From NCBI GenBank assembly GCA_963749565.1, contig CAVVNL010000022.1:44782-108781 (forward strand): a stretch of 64,000 nucleotides of DNA, given 5' to 3'. The notes below the pieces were generated by a model that saw only the letters and a program-made list of their open reading frames with translations, ran no database searches and had not been told where the DNA came from. This DNA is from an uncultured Acidobacteriota bacterium (GTDB lineage: Bacteria > Acidobacteriota > Vicinamibacteria > Vicinamibacterales > CAVVIG01). The stretch's first letter is position 1. The number at the start of each line of letters is the position of its first letter. A program made the translations under genes and the position numbers. Shown here piece after piece: positions 62,624-64,000 of this stretch.

Positions 62624-62639
62624 AACTAATATATTAGTT
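62624..62639. promoter_or_regulatory. perfect 16-bp palindrome upstream of the blaI-like gene: candidate operator overlapping a candidate promoter
   Basis: AACTAATATATTAGTT. On the minus strand it abuts TTGAAT-N18-TACTCT (the -10 is at 62596-62601 in plus-strand coordinates). Extra ACTAAT/AGTAAT half-sites lie at 62598-62610. Confidence 0.5.
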
Positions 62640-62716
62640 ACTCGATTCGCGCGGCCCCGCGAATCGGCTGCCCTCCTTGGATGGCCGGAGTTCTTACAGG
62701 TCGACGCTTTCGTCCA

Positions 62717-62983
62717 TTACGCTGGCCTACGGGTCTTCAGCCACAATGACGCCAGAGTCTTGGAGTCTCCAGTGATTGGGCTTCGATTGTAGACCGCCTG
62801 GCGGCGGTTGCTGCCTTGGGGTGCGGCAATCTTGCCGTAGAGGGTATCGAGCTCGTCCTGAATGGTGTCGATTCGTCGGCGCTGCACTTCAATCTTGCGC
62901 TGTTGGCGGCGGAACTCCTGCTGTTGCAGTTCGAAGAGGCACCGCATTTCTTCACACTCTTGGCTGACGCTCTTTCGATTCAT
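62717..62983 (-). CDS. small coiled-coil protein of unknown function
   Basis: GGAGGG RBS 6 nt before the ATG. ...LFELQQQEFRRQQRKIEVQRRRIDTIQDELDTLYGKI heptad-like. Lies in the lower-GC region. Confidence 0.55.
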   Translation of the reverse strand: MNRKSVSQECEEMRCLFELQQQEFRRQQRKIEVQRRRIDTIQDELDTLYGKIAAPQGSNRRQAVYNRSPITGDSKTLASLWLKTRRPA

Positions 62984-63268
62984 CTATCCCTCCCCGAGAA
63001 AAGGCTTCAATAAGAGCGCAGCAGGTGAACAGAAAGCGCTCGCGACATCCAAGAAATACTGCAATCGCGCTCGCCGATCTGTACACTTTTGCACAGCGCG
63101 ACCTGTGCTACCGGTCGCCTTAGACCTTAATCGGCACGCATGAGGTGGTGCAGTTTTAGGTAACCATGCGCAACTGAAGCGACATAGACTGAGGGCCTCC
63201 TCCCGAAGGGTTCGCTGCACGGATCGCAGTGCCCCCGCTCCTCGGATTCACGACTGAGGCACTCCGAA

Positions 63269-63577
63269 ATGTCCATCCCTCCTCACTCCCGCTACGTTGT
63301 GCGCGCTTTGACAACAGCTGCCGAAAGCGCCTCTCCGTCCAAAGATTGCGCGGCCCCTGTCAGTCACACGGAGCCGGTGTCGACCAGCCTGCTGGCCGGT
63401 CCGCCGCTCACGACGGGCCAGGTGGCACGAATCGTCGGGATGAGTCCGACCTTCATCCGAGAGGAGATTCGTGGCGGCTATCTACGCGCTGTCGATATCG
63501 GCCGCGGCCGAAAGCGCGTCTACCGGATCCCTGTTCTCGAGGCGTATCGCTATATCAAGAAGCTCGGCATCGCCTGA
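63269..63577 (+). CDS. excisionase/MerR-like helix-turn-helix (HTH_17) DNA-binding protein
   Basis: LTTGQVARIVGMSPTFIREEIRGGYLRAVDIGRGRKRVYRIPVLEAYRYI. The N-terminal about 45 aa are low-complexity, so the start is uncertain. Confidence 0.65.
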   Translation: MSIPPHSRYVVRALTTAAESASPSKDCAAPVSHTEPVSTSLLAGPPLTTGQVARIVGMSPTFIREEIRGGYLRAVDIGRGRKRVYRIPVLEAYRYIKKLGIA

Positions 63578-63592
63578 GCTGGTGTATGCCAA

Positions 63593-63973
63593 CTACCAGC
63601 GATTGGCTTCGGACTTCAGATGCGATCTGATGCCGTGCCCTGCCAGCGGTTCTTGTCTGAACCTTGGAATGACGTGCAGGTGGGCGTGGAAGACTTCTTG
63701 CCCGCCAACGCTCCCGCAGTTCCAACCAACGTTGTATCCGTCCGGCGAGAACTCCGCATCCATCCACGCCTTGACCTTCCGTAGCAGCCGGAACGTGGCA
63801 GCAACTTCGGACTCGGTGAGGTCGAACACGGTCTCTCGATGCGCGACTGGAATAATGATTCCCGAGTGTTTCAGTGCGCCCTGATAGCGGCGATCCCGCA
63901 CAAACCACACGAGGTCGTCCCTGAAGACGACCTTCTGATCCGACGCTTTCATCGAGCAGTAGGGGCACTCCAT
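63593..63973 (-). CDS. HIT family (histidine triad) nucleotide hydrolase/transferase
   Basis: CPYC zinc-knuckle-like N-terminus. HSGIIIPVAH. Histidine triad VFHAHLHVIPR. Confidence 0.85.
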   Translation of the reverse strand: MECPYCSMKASDQKVVFRDDLVWFVRDRRYQGALKHSGIIIPVAHRETVFDLTESEVAATFRLLRKVKAWMDAEFSPDGYNVGWNCGSVGGQEVFHAHLHVIPRFRQEPLAGHGIRSHLKSEANRW

Positions 63974-64000
63974 CCGTAGCTCCGATCGGTCTCGGCTCGG

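Overview
High-GC bacterial chromosomal segment (roughly two-thirds G+C by eye). The gene content looks Acidobacteriota-like; this is an inference from CarboxypepD_reg-type TonB-dependent receptors ending in ...AQFDF and an ECF sigma/Ser-Thr kinase pair. I read about 60 protein-coding genes and recognised no rRNA, tRNA, CRISPR array, transposase or integrase. Layout: (i) 0-7.4 kb holds a wHTH-TPR regulator, a dihaem cytochrome c, an ABC-F ATPase, CBS, Zn-ribbon-REC and TerC proteins. (ii) 7.4-28.2 kb is a trehalose/alpha-glucan/osmoadaptation island: otsB, a PDZ protein, two cation/proton antiporter paralogues (the second fused in frame to otsA), treS, a GT-A glycosyltransferase, a TM-helix-repeat protein, a few unrelated genes, glgE fused to maltokinase, and a 4-gene sugar ABC importer. 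(iii) 29.8-36.1 kb holds two tandem paralogous TonB-dependent receptors. (iv) 36-60 kb holds a NarL-type two-component pair, an MPGP-like HAD protein, ftsB, cutA, dedA, a metB-family gene, a HAMP-PP2C phosphatase, rnc, a P-loop ATPase, purA, lpxD, a PilZ protein, lepB, an SDR (threonine-dehydrogenase-like), thrB, thrC, ECF sigma plus Ser/Thr kinase, qor and an MFS transporter. (v) 60.6-62.6 kb is a BlaI/M56 (BlaR1-like) pair whose sensor domain is a lytic transglycosylase, with a perfect palindromic operator candidate. (vi) The lower-GC tail carries an excisionase-like HTH and a HIT protein. The non-coding DNA is unusually structured. It contains several REP-like palindrome families, one copy inserted in frame inside the PP2C gene and another supplying that gene's C-terminus. 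It also contains three long low-GC hairpins built from short tandem words, and a pair of about 120-nt structured repeats, one ending in a U7 tract. Major caveat: by manual reading there are roughly 60 reading-frame breaks, strongly clustered in some genes, including essential ones such as lpxD and thrC. I interpret these mainly as consensus indel errors, so broken genes are reported as single merged CDSs with approximate break positions.
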